64,000 bases of DNA from Alkalispirochaeta sp. (lineage in GTDB: Bacteria; Spirochaetota; Spirochaetia; DSM-27196; Alkalispirochaetaceae), in NCBI GenBank assembly GCA_965601925.1, contig OZ271854.1, positions 4,544,001 through 4,608,000 of the forward strand. The letters are read 5' to 3'. Made by a program: the position numbers and the translations under genes. Numbering within the stretch: the first letter of the stretch is position 1; every line of letters begins with the position of its first letter. The notes under the pieces are model-generated. The model was not told the origin of the DNA, did no database searches, and saw only the letters and a program-made list of their open reading frames with translations. Positions 28,869-37,836 of the stretch are shown piece after piece.

Positions 28869-31732
28869 CGGGAGCTCTCCATGATGCGTTGGGCGCGATC
28901 GGCCCAGATCGTATCGCCGTAGCGCTCCCGCAGTTCGCCGATCGCCCTCTCGGCGGTCGTCGAATCGCCCTCTTCTCTCGCGAGTACGGCGAGTTCGAAG
29001 AGGCTCCGAGCGCGCAACTCGTCGGGAGCTCCGGCGACCGCGGCGGCGGCGATGTACCGCTCTATCGCGGAGCGCGTCTCACCGCGACGGCGGTAGTACT
29101 CGGCCAACAGGAACGTCGCCTCGGCCGCCTCGGGTCCGTCGAATCGGGCGGCGTCGAGGAGAAAGTCGATGATGCGCGTGCGCTGGGCGGTGAGGGTAAT
29201 CTGCTCGCGGATGGCGATACGCCCCAACTCGAGCACCAGTTCGAACCAGAGCTCGCCGCCCTGCACGGGCCCTTGGCCGGGACCGGGCTGCAACCGCACC
29301 CACAGTTCCGCCTCACGCGCGCTCAACCCGTCGAGCTCGAGACGAATCGTCCGACGTAGGCGTTCGGCCTCCCGAGCGCGCCGACTATCGGGATACGCCG
29401 CGGTGAGACGATCGTAGAGTTCGAGCGCCTGGCGCCGTTGCCCTCGATCCACGTAGATGCCCGCGGCGAGAAAGAGCGTCTCCGGGGTGAAGCTGCTGCG
29501 AGGAAATTCGTTGACCAGCGGCTCCCACCACAACAACGCGCGCCCCGGCTCTTCCAACTCGTAGGATGTCGCGCCGGCCCAGTAGAGAGCGCGATCGATC
29601 TCCTCTCCACGGGGATATCGGCTCTGGTAGGTGCGAAATCGCTCGCGCGCCTCTCGATATCGCTCTACTCCGACTAAGATTTCTCCGGCTTCCAACAATG
29701 CGAGTCGACCCGCCTCGGTCTCCGGAAGTCGGCCGGCGAGTTCGTCGTACTCCAGTATCGCCTCGTTAACTCTTCCCAGCGCGGCGAGTGTCGCGGCGAG
29801 CAAACTCAAGAACTCGCCCCGACGCCGATCATCGAGCGCATTATCGGCGAGTATTCGATACTGCACGAGAGCGTCCTCGGCGTTTCCCGCCTCCAGATAG
29901 ACCGTCGCGAGGAGACGTCGCACGCGGTCTTCTTCGGGCGCATCGAGCGCATCGCCCAACAGTTGCAACAAACGGTCGGCCGCCCGGGCCACATCGCCCC
30001 CCTGATAGAGCGTCCACGCGTACAAGTAGGTGCCGTCGAACCGTAACGCCGGGGGCAGGTTATCGACGACGGCGGCGATCGTATCACGAGCCGCTCGGGC
30101 CTCGCCGAGGCGGTAGAGGCTCCACGCCAGATGGTACGATCTGAACGGCTCGTACCGGCTATCGGTGACGGAGCGGAGCGACGCGACGGCGGTCTCAAAC
30201 GCCCCTTCGTGAAAGTCGGCAAGTCCTCGTAGATACACTAACTCTTCGCGCATGACCGCATCGAGCGCGGAGGAGTCGATACGATCTACCTCCTGAGAGG
30301 CGGAGGCGAACTGCGCCGCTCCCACGAGGGCGCGCACCAACTCGACCCGTGCACGGTCGTCGTCGGGGCGTTCGGCGAGGTAGGTGCGATACGTCCTCAC
30401 CGCCGCAATGGCGTCGCCGCGCTCCAAAAAGAGTCTGGCACGCAGGAGCGCCAGGGCGGGACGCTCTCTAATCAGTGCTTGAGATTCGTCACGCTCGAGG
30501 CGCGCCTCCACGCGTTCGCGCTCACCGGCGCGGTACAGAGCGAATCCCCAGATGTACAGGGCCGCGCTATCGGTTTCCAGCTCATCACGGCCCTCCAGGA
30601 GCGCCGCAGCCTCGGCAAACCGCCCGTCGGCGATGAGGAGGCGCCCTGCAGCGACCCGCCTCTCCGACCCAAAATCGCTCTCCACCGCCGTGTCTTCCAA
30701 CGAGTCCAGGAGTAACCGCAGCGCCTCGCCCTCTCTCCCTTGGCGTTCCATCGATCGGGCGAGGAGAAACGGCGCCGCCCCCGAGATCATACGCTGCCTT
30801 CTTACGTCCCAGACTCGCGAGAGGTAGAGCTCGGCAAGCTCGTCGCGGCCGGAATCGAACGCATCGGCGCCCAAGGAGTACCAAAAATCGGCCAACCGCT
30901 CCGGTTCGCTCGCCAAACGCCGCTCGGCGGCGCGGAACACGGTCTGCATTTCCTCGCGATCCTGTCGATCTTGCGCGATTGCGTAGAGTCGGCGATACGC
31001 CCACTGGGCGCTTGCAAGCGAATAGTCGACGAGTCGTCGATACAGGGTGACGGCGCGCTCGATATCGTCGAGTTCATACGCTGCGTCGGCGGCGTAGCGC
31101 ACCTGCGCCTCCTCATACGATCCCGCTTCGTCGTCGGACGATGCCCATCGGTCGTAGAGAGTGAGCGTGTCGGCGTGGGATCCCCGCTCGGAATAGATCT
31201 CCATAAGAACCGTCACCGCGTATGAGCGCTCCACCCCCTCGGTCGTCCCCGTCGCGGTAACGAGGTCCTCGATAGCGGCGATTGTCCGGCCCAGCTCCTG
31301 CCGCGCCAAGCCTCGGTAGAGGAATGCGCGTCCTTCGGGAGAGGGCTCCTCGACGAGGTAGCGCGTAAGCGCATCATCCGCCCGCTGGTAGCCGCCTAAC
31401 TGAAACTCCGTCAACCCGATCCATAAGCGAATGGCACGAGAGAGCGCTCCGCCCCTGGCTCGCGCAGCGGTGCGCTGGAGTCGTTCCAGGGCGGCGGGAT
31501 ACTCCTCGAGATAAAATCGGCTCTGGGCAATGCGAAACTGGGCGCGTGTGCCGTACTCCGACCCTGGGTGGTCTTGAAGCAGGCGCTCGAACCGGTCTAT
31601 CGCCAGAACATAATTACCGGCCGCAAATCGTCGCTCTCCCTCGTCAAAGAGATCGCGATCCGATCCAATTACCGCGAGTACCGGGAACAGAAACAGCATC
31701 GCCCCCAGCCACCCCATCAGTCTCCGACTCAT
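28865..31732 (-). CDS. large exported tetratricopeptide-repeat protein
   Basis: signal peptide; many TPRs of the type A...FERLLQDHPGS, FRTYQSRYPRG, LVNEFPRS. Confidence 0.88.
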   Translation of the reverse strand: MSRRLMGWLGAMLFLFPVLAVIGSDRDLFDEGERRFAAGNYVLAIDRFERLLQDHPGSEYGTRAQFRIAQSRFYLEEYPAALERLQRTAARARGGALSRAIRLWIGLTEFQLGGYQRADDALTRYLVEEPSPEGRAFLYRGLARQELGRTIAAIEDLVTATGTTEGVERSYAVTVLMEIYSERGSHADTLTLYDRWASSDDEAGSYEEAQVRYAADAAYELDDIERAVTLYRRLVDYSLASAQWAYRRLYAIAQDRQDREEMQTVFRAAERRLASEPERLADFWYSLGADAFDSGRDELAELYLSRVWDVRRQRMISGAAPFLLARSMERQGREGEALRLLLDSLEDTAVESDFGSERRVAAGRLLIADGRFAEAAALLEGRDELETDSAALYIWGFALYRAGERERVEARLERDESQALIRERPALALLRARLFLERGDAIAAVRTYRTYLAERPDDDRARVELVRALVGAAQFASASQEVDRIDSSALDAVMREELVYLRGLADFHEGAFETAVASLRSVTDSRYEPFRSYHLAWSLYRLGEARAARDTIAAVVDNLPPALRFDGTYLYAWTLYQGGDVARAADRLLQLLGDALDAPEEDRVRRLLATVYLEAGNAEDALVQYRILADNALDDRRRGEFLSLLAATLAALGRVNEAILEYDELAGRLPETEAGRLALLEAGEILVGVERYREARERFRTYQSRYPRGEEIDRALYWAGATSYELEEPGRALLWWEPLVNEFPRSSFTPETLFLAAGIYVDRGQRRQALELYDRLTAAYPDSRRAREAERLRRTIRLELDGLSAREAELWVRLQPGPGQGPVQGGELWFELVLELGRIAIREQITLTAQRTRIIDFLLDAARFDGPEAAEATFLLAEYYRRRGETRSAIERYIAAAAVAGAPDELRARSLFELAVLAREEGDSTTAERAIGELRERYGDTIWADRAQRIMESSR

Positions 31733-31739
31733 AGGGCGG

Positions 31740-31768
31740 AGTCTATCTCACGGCAAAAACAGATTCAA
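31740..31768 (-). promoter_or_regulatory. putative sigma70 promoter of the TPR-OMP-exbBD-tonB-HAD operon (leaderless-type)
   Basis: TTGAAT-17 bp-TAGACT-7 bp-ATG, no SD. Confidence 0.55.
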
Positions 31769-31775
31769 TCCACAG

Positions 31776-31808
31776 GCATTTTCAAAAATCGACGATTTTT
31801 GAAAATGC
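31776..31808. repeat. perfect palindrome P1 (16-bp arms, 1-nt centre)
   Basis: GCATTTTCAAAAATCG-A-CGATTTTTGAAAATGC. Confidence 0.95.
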
Positions 31809-31819
31809 GAGGACTTTTA

Positions 31820-31858
31820 GAAATCATAATTATATACTGTATATATAATTATGATTTC
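31820..31858. repeat. perfect palindrome P2 (17-bp arms, 5-nt loop)
   Basis: GAAATCATAATTATATA-CTGTA-TATATAATTATGATTTC. Confidence 0.95.
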
Positions 31859-31868
31859 GACCCGATAT

Positions 31869-31905
31869 TGAGGCTCTTGCAAAATTGCATTTTGCAAGAG
31901 CCTCA
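31869..31905. repeat. perfect palindrome P3 (17-bp arms, 3-nt loop)
   Basis: TGAGGCTCTTGCAAAAT-TGC-ATTTTGCAAGAGCCTCA. Confidence 0.95.
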
Positions 31906-31915
31906 CGCATTTGCA

Positions 31916-33196
31916 TCAAAAACCGGCGTTCTCGGCACGAAATCGGGGAGGTTCGAAGCGTTCGTCGGCTCGCACGCGGACCAGATGAATGAAATCGCCC
32001 TCGTAACGCCGTTGGAGAGAGTCGAGATTCGTCTCTGCGGTGCGATCCATAACGGCGACCTCAAACCGTCCCTCCTCGTCGAAATACGGGAGGAATACGA
32101 CGATGTGCGTGTGTTGTCGCAACATCAGCTCATTGCCGAGACTTCGATTCACACTTCCGAGATACAGTGTGCCCGGTTCGGAGAGGGCGAGCCAGTAAAG
32201 CGTTGCGCGCAGTTGCTCCATCGCATAGCCCACATCTTCGCGGTACCGCGCGACCGGCACGGCACGGACGTCCGCGATCTCCGGATCGAGGAGGTGTGAG
32301 GCCGTCCCCCGATCGAGGGCTTGCATCTCTCGCGCCACATTACGTGTCCAGTCGAGACCGAAGTACGGATCGCGGTCGTCCTCTCTCGGTGCACTCCACG
32401 CCGTGCCGCGATGGTCGAGATGCTTGTATGTGAGCGACTCTTCCGGAAGATACGAACCGGTCCGCGGACCGTAGAGACCGTCGACGATCCATTTGGCGAA
32501 TCCTGAACCGTTGAACTCCGGCGCGCTCCCCACGGCGGCGACCATCTCGATAAAGACCGGCGACCCGTCGGCGTCCATTGCGATGTCGGCCAAATCGGGT
32601 AAAGCGCGACGAGTCTCCTCGACCATCCGTCGAATCGCCGCGTATCCCGGGTGGTATAGGTCGGGGTCCAGGAGCGACCAGTCGACCACACCCCGTGTCG
32701 CCTCCCGGAGGGTTGCGAACGGAACGGTGAGGGCACGCTCCATCGTGATCGGCACCGGCACGTCTCTATAAAGGGGCGCCCACGCCAGAAACAGATCCAT
32801 ACGCAGCGTACGGCCCCGCGGACGGAGCCGCACGAAGGAGCCCTCGTGGTGCTGTAAGAAGATCTTAATCTGCTCGAACGCCCCATCCTCGATACGACGA
32901 CGAATAATCACCGTGCCGGGGGACACCAGGTCGAATCGATCGCCATCGGAAGCGATAAAAAGATAGTAGCGACTTTCGTTTTGCTCCTCGGTCCGAAAAA
33001 TAACCGGCTCTCTACCGGGCTCTCGGACAAGTTCGCGCACGGCGGCCTCGTAGCGTTCTACCGGAGCGGTCATACGATCGAGCACCGCGGTGCGGGCACG
33101 ACTCGTATCGGGTATGGATAGTGCGCCGGCGGAAGGGGCGGCACACCAGACAACCAGCGCGATTGCGCCGAAAAATCGCCGGGGCCGGTCTTTCAT
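31916..33196 (-). CDS. exported hypothetical protein
   Basis: ATG at 33196 after GAGGAG SD; signal peptide MKDRPRRFFGAIALVVWCAAPSAGA; globular-looking sequence (FNGSGFAKWIVDG, DPYFGLDWTRN). Confidence 0.75.
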   Translation of the reverse strand: MKDRPRRFFGAIALVVWCAAPSAGALSIPDTSRARTAVLDRMTAPVERYEAAVRELVREPGREPVIFRTEEQNESRYYLFIASDGDRFDLVSPGTVIIRRRIEDGAFEQIKIFLQHHEGSFVRLRPRGRTLRMDLFLAWAPLYRDVPVPITMERALTVPFATLREATRGVVDWSLLDPDLYHPGYAAIRRMVEETRRALPDLADIAMDADGSPVFIEMVAAVGSAPEFNGSGFAKWIVDGLYGPRTGSYLPEESLTYKHLDHRGTAWSAPREDDRDPYFGLDWTRNVAREMQALDRGTASHLLDPEIADVRAVPVARYREDVGYAMEQLRATLYWLALSEPGTLYLGSVNRSLGNELMLRQHTHIVVFLPYFDEEGRFEVAVMDRTAETNLDSLQRRYEGDFIHLVRVRADERFEPPRFRAENAGF

Positions 33197-33197
33197 A

Positions 33198-34565
33198 CTA
33201 CTCTCCTCGGAAGGGCGTCCTCCATACGTACGGCAACTCGCACAGCCATCGATCGCCACGCCACGGCGACGGAATCGACGAGCGGCCGACCGAAAAGAGC
33301 GCCGGCTCGATTCGTACCATGTCCCGCAACCACAGATCGTAACGCCACCTCCATTCACCATTGTCGGGCGTTTGCGTGCTCGACTCGAGTGGCGTCGGCC
33401 GGCCGGGGGTTCGCCTCGCAGCGCAGTAGGACCATGCGCCGCAGCCGAGTGCGGCATTCCATACCTCACGCCGGCGACGCGCATCGATCACGCTCATGTC
33501 GATCATCGAGACGGTATGAGCGCGCCGACACACCCCCATTGCGAGACCCACCGGACCGCGGCGCGCCGCGCGCACCATATCCACAGGCGGTGCGACCGGT
33601 GCGTTGGGATCGTCGACGCCCCAAAGGTACAGCACGTGTCCGCGGGTACGACTGAACCACCGTTCGAACTCGGGGTTTTCCGAGAGCGCCGCGAGTAACG
33701 CGAGGCGCGGAGACCACCAGCGGCGGCCGCGCCATTCGAGATGGGGTAAGGGCACCAGGAGCGCCGCGCCGGAGTCGAGCCGGCCGCGAAACGCCCGGGA
33801 GTACGCCCCTATCGCGTCCGACGGAACGGGAATCGCCAGCGGCGTTGCGTCGCGAGTCTCGGCAAGACGGTGTGCGATCAATCGAGCCAGAGCGTCGGCT
33901 ACGGTCCGAGGAGATTCCGTCGCCGAGAGATGCCCGACCACCACGCGAACGAACGACGCGCCGTTCGCCTCGTCGCCGCCGCCGACGGACGGCGTCAGAT
34001 CTGCCGTCCGGGCGCCCCGAAACGACTGCGCGACGGACCGTTCCACCGCCGATCTGACCGTGTCCGAGGTCGGGGGACGCACTAAACCGGTATCGATAAA
34101 CGGTGCGATCGGCAGTGTGCCGTGGAGGAGACGGTCGCGACGTGCCGAACCGTCACGGCCGCTCGCGTCCCGGACGTCACGCGCCGTCGATCGGTGAACT
34201 TCGTCCGCTCCGGGAGCGGTGAGCACCGTAGAGACGCGTCGTGCCTGGAGCAGGAGCGCGACCAACTTACCCCGCAGCGCCTCCAATCGTGCCTTTGCAT
34301 CGGCGCTCACCCCGGAGGCCTCCAACAGAACCGCCTCGCCGGCCGCCGCCGGAGAGAGGCGTCTGTCGACTACGAGATGGCGTATTCTCAGAAGCATGCG
34401 CAACTGCGCCGAGGTCCACACACGCCGGCCCGACTCGTCGCGGCGGGAACGAACCAAGGGGAGCGTTTGTTCCCAATAGCGCAACACGTGCGGTTTTACG
34501 TTGAGAATGCCGAGCACCGTGCGCGCCTCGTAGATACCGAGACCTTCCTCGCGACGTCGCTCCAC
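33198..34565 (-). CDS. MerR-type HTH regulator with large divergent C-terminal domain
   Basis: LGILNVKPHVLRYWEQ..RRDESGRRVW MerR signature; GTG at 34565 after GGAGG (alternative GTG at 34586). Confidence 0.75.
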   Translation of the reverse strand: MERRREEGLGIYEARTVLGILNVKPHVLRYWEQTLPLVRSRRDESGRRVWTSAQLRMLLRIRHLVVDRRLSPAAAGEAVLLEASGVSADAKARLEALRGKLVALLLQARRVSTVLTAPGADEVHRSTARDVRDASGRDGSARRDRLLHGTLPIAPFIDTGLVRPPTSDTVRSAVERSVAQSFRGARTADLTPSVGGGDEANGASFVRVVVGHLSATESPRTVADALARLIAHRLAETRDATPLAIPVPSDAIGAYSRAFRGRLDSGAALLVPLPHLEWRGRRWWSPRLALLAALSENPEFERWFSRTRGHVLYLWGVDDPNAPVAPPVDMVRAARRGPVGLAMGVCRRAHTVSMIDMSVIDARRRREVWNAALGCGAWSYCAARRTPGRPTPLESSTQTPDNGEWRWRYDLWLRDMVRIEPALFSVGRSSIPSPWRGDRWLCELPYVWRTPFRGE

Positions 34566-34582
34566 CCCTCGCCTCCTCCCGG

Positions 34583-35995
34583 TCACTCCCGTACGTCGAT
34601 AAAAAACGGAATGTGGTGAAAACCCAACTCGCGACGAATTTGGTTGGAGACGTACCGTAGATAGAACTCGGGGAAACCCTTGCCGCGGTTGACAAAGAGC
34701 ACGAATCGCACCGGATTGGTCCCTACTTGGGTTATGTAACGCAATTTGATCGGGCGCTTTCCCGAAGGCGGCGGTGTCTGGGCGATCCACCGCTGCAACG
34801 CTTGATTGAGCGGGCCGGTATCGATCCGCTTGTGGAGCTCCCCTCGAATATGTAACAGGCGCGTGAGAAGTGCGTCGATTCCCTCACCCGTCTTCGCAGA
34901 AATGGGAAGAATCGGAACGTGCTGAAAGATCGGAAAGAGAAAGTGAATACGATCGGTGAGCGCGTTGAGCTGATTTCCGCGATCGTCCAAGAGATCCCAC
35001 TTATTGAGCGCCACGACCACGCCCCGGCCGCGCTCGGCAAGCCGCGCGGCGATCTTCTTGTCCTGCTCGCTCAACCCCTTTACCGCATCGATCATGAGTA
35101 TCGCAAGCTCCGCCTCATCGATCGCCGTATAGGCCCGTTGGACCGCATAATATTCGATCGCCTCCCGTACATGGGACCGGCGACGAATACCTGCGGTGTC
35201 GATTACGACGAACTCGGTCCCACGAAACGAGAAGCGCGCCTCGACCGTATCGCGAGTCGTACCGGCCAAGTCCGAGACGATCGCGCGCTCCTCACCGACC
35301 AAGCGATTGAGCACGCTCGATTTACCCGTATTGGGTTGTCCGACTATGGCAAGCTTGGCGGCGCGGGCCAACGGGTCCACGCTCGCCTCGACCTCCTCCG
35401 TCTCGACGAGGGCGTCCCCTCCGTCGTCCGCAGAAACGGTCGAGGGGAGCTCACCGTCGCCGGCGAGATCGGTCGATGACGCGTCGTGGGGTCGGTCTGC
35501 GGAGACTGCGGCGTCCATACATTCGCTAATCTGCGACTCGAGCTCGTCGAACCCGAGCCCGTGAGCGGCGGAAACACCGATTACACGATCGATTCCGTAG
35601 CGCCAAAAATCGCCGACGAGTTGCTCTCGTTCGGCGTTATCCACTTTATTAACGACGAGGATCCCCGGTCGGCCGCTCTTACGCACGAGATCTAGGAGTT
35701 CGGTATCCTCGCCGGTGAGCCCGGTTACCTCCACCAGGAGCAATACCAAATCGGCGTTTCGAATCTCCGACCTGCTCCGCTCGTACACGGCGCGTTCCAG
35801 ATCGGCCTCTCCCTCGCCGATGCCGCCGGTATCGACGAGAAGCACCGGGCGATCCCCTATGGTCGAGGTCAAGGCGACTGCGTCGCGCGTCACTCCGGGA
35901 GTGCTGTCGGTAATGGATATACGGCGGCCGTAGATGCGATTAAAGAGTGTGGATTTCCCGACGTTGGGTCTTCCGGCAATACAGATGCGATACAT
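34583..35995 (-). CDS. der: ribosome biogenesis GTPase Der (EngA)
   Basis: two GTPase domains (GRPNVGKS, GQPNTGKS, DTAG, NKWD) plus KH-like C-terminus. Confidence 0.97.
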   Translation of the reverse strand: MYRICIAGRPNVGKSTLFNRIYGRRISITDSTPGVTRDAVALTSTIGDRPVLLVDTGGIGEGEADLERAVYERSRSEIRNADLVLLLVEVTGLTGEDTELLDLVRKSGRPGILVVNKVDNAEREQLVGDFWRYGIDRVIGVSAAHGLGFDELESQISECMDAAVSADRPHDASSTDLAGDGELPSTVSADDGGDALVETEEVEASVDPLARAAKLAIVGQPNTGKSSVLNRLVGEERAIVSDLAGTTRDTVEARFSFRGTEFVVIDTAGIRRRSHVREAIEYYAVQRAYTAIDEAELAILMIDAVKGLSEQDKKIAARLAERGRGVVVALNKWDLLDDRGNQLNALTDRIHFLFPIFQHVPILPISAKTGEGIDALLTRLLHIRGELHKRIDTGPLNQALQRWIAQTPPPSGKRPIKLRYITQVGTNPVRFVLFVNRGKGFPEFYLRYVSNQIRRELGFHHIPFFIDVRE

Positions 35996-36024
35996 AGTTA
36001 GTCCGTCCGTGATACTGGATATCG

Positions 36025-37767
36025 TTAATACACCGTCAAGTCAAAGCGTTGCTGCATATGCTCCCGGACCGCTCGGTTAATCTCGTCGGCGCCGCGTAGC
36101 TCCATGACGTCCCCCGCGAGCTCCTCGGCCTCGGACAGCGTCACCGATCGGATGATCCGCTTCACCTCAGGAATACCGACCGCGCCCATACTAAACTCGT
36201 CGAGGCCCAGTCCCAGAAGCACCACCGACGCTAAGGGGTCGCCGGCCATCTCGCCGCACATGGCGACGGATAGCCCCTCGCGATGTGCATTGTCGATGAC
36301 CATCTTAATTAAGCGCAAGACGCCGGGATGAAACGGTTCGTAGAGATACGCGATTTTTTCATTACCGCGATCCACCGCGACGGTATACTGGATGAGATCG
36401 TTGGTACCGATGGAGAAGAAGTCTACCTTTCGGGCCAATATATCGGATGTTAAGGCGGCCGACGGCACCTCGATCATGATACCGATCGGCATGTGCTCGT
36501 CAAAGGATACGCCCTCTTTTCGGAGATCGTCTCGGACCTCATCGGTCACTTCCAGAGCGCGATTGAGCTCCTGAGTACCGGAGATCATCGGGAACATGAC
36601 GCGCAGGGAGCCGTGAACGCTCGCCCTGAATAGTGCGCGCAACTGGGTACGGAAGAGGTGCGGCTCGGACAGGCATACGCGAATCGCCCGCCATCCCAAA
36701 AGCGGATTCTTTTCGTCGCACGCCTCGATACCGGCTCCGATCTTGTCACCGCCGACGTCCAAGGTACGAATCGTGACCGGCCTTTGTCCCATCGCCTCCA
36801 GGACGTACCGATATGCGTGATACTGCTCCTCCTCCGTCGGGAGACGATCGGAACCGAGAAAGAGAAACTCCGATCGAAAGAGACCGATCCCGTCGGCGCC
36901 GTGGCCACCCACACCGTCCACTTCCTCAGGAATTTCTATATTTCCCTTAAGGAGAATGAGCTTGCCGTCTTTGGTCTCCGCGGGCAGATCGTTGAGCTGC
37001 ATGAGCTCGACCTCATGCTCCTGCCACTCGCCCTGCAGCTTGCCGTACCGCGCCAACGTATCGCGATCCGGGTCCACGATGACGACTCCGTGGTTCCCGT
37101 CGACGATAATCTCTTCTCCTCCGCTCACGATCTTACTGATTCGGGAGAGTCCCACGACGGCCGGTATCTCGAAGCTACGGGCGATGATCGCGGTGTGCGA
37201 GGTCTTACCGCCGACATCCATGGCGATCGCGCGAATCACGCGTTTGTTCATCGCCACCGCGTCGGAGGGCATCAGATCGTGCGTTACCAGGACGACCTCT
37301 CGATCGAGGTCCGCAAGGCCGGTGCGATCGCGGTCGAGCAGATGGTTCAGGACGCGCTTGAATACGTCGTGTACATCGGCGGTACGCTCCCGGAGATAGT
37401 CGTCGCTCGACTGGGCGAGCTTATCCATCAACTCGCGCACCGTTTGATGAAGAACCCACTCGATATTCAATAGATCGGCCTCCAAGCGCCGGTGAACGGA
37501 GGCGAAAAACGAGGGGTCGCGCAGCATCAAGAGATGCGTATCCAGAAGGAGCTTCTCGTCTTGCTCAAGCTCATGGTCCGAGCTGTTCTTTATCTCTTCT
37601 ATGTCGGAACACGCGCGTTCTACGGCATCTGAGAGTCGATCCTTCTCCGCCTGTAGAGCATCGGGCAGGATGCCGTACTGCGGCACCTGCGGCGTATCTT
37701 CGCGATACGACAGGACCGTTCCTATGGCGATCCCCGGGGATGCGGCGATTCCTCGCAATTCGATCAT
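36025..37767 (-). CDS. ptsI: PTS enzyme I (PEP-protein phosphotransferase)
   Basis: GIAASPGIAIG, GGKTSHTAI phospho-His, FSIGTNDLIQY, MCGEMAG. Confidence 0.96.
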   Translation of the reverse strand: MIELRGIAASPGIAIGTVLSYREDTPQVPQYGILPDALQAEKDRLSDAVERACSDIEEIKNSSDHELEQDEKLLLDTHLLMLRDPSFFASVHRRLEADLLNIEWVLHQTVRELMDKLAQSSDDYLRERTADVHDVFKRVLNHLLDRDRTGLADLDREVVLVTHDLMPSDAVAMNKRVIRAIAMDVGGKTSHTAIIARSFEIPAVVGLSRISKIVSGGEEIIVDGNHGVVIVDPDRDTLARYGKLQGEWQEHEVELMQLNDLPAETKDGKLILLKGNIEIPEEVDGVGGHGADGIGLFRSEFLFLGSDRLPTEEEQYHAYRYVLEAMGQRPVTIRTLDVGGDKIGAGIEACDEKNPLLGWRAIRVCLSEPHLFRTQLRALFRASVHGSLRVMFPMISGTQELNRALEVTDEVRDDLRKEGVSFDEHMPIGIMIEVPSAALTSDILARKVDFFSIGTNDLIQYTVAVDRGNEKIAYLYEPFHPGVLRLIKMVIDNAHREGLSVAMCGEMAGDPLASVVLLGLGLDEFSMGAVGIPEVKRIIRSVTLSEAEELAGDVMELRGADEINRAVREHMQQRFDLTVY

Positions 37768-37774
37768 TAGTGCA

Positions 37775-37804
37775 ATCATAGATGGTTCATTTCTCAACTG
37801 TCAA
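37775..37804 (-). promoter_or_regulatory. putative sigma70 promoter of ptsI (leaderless-type)
   Basis: TTGACA-18 bp-TATGAT-7 bp-ATG, no SD. Confidence 0.6.
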
Positions 37805-37836
37805 ACCAAAGAGCGACGAGGCCGATACATGGGAGT

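Noticed and set aside
31835..31853. SOS box-like TACTGTATATATAA
   Set aside because: Only one CTGT half-site with no matching ACAG; explained by palindrome P2.
31776..31905. CRISPR array
   Set aside because: The three palindromes differ in sequence, the gaps are only 10-11 bp, and there are no cas genes.
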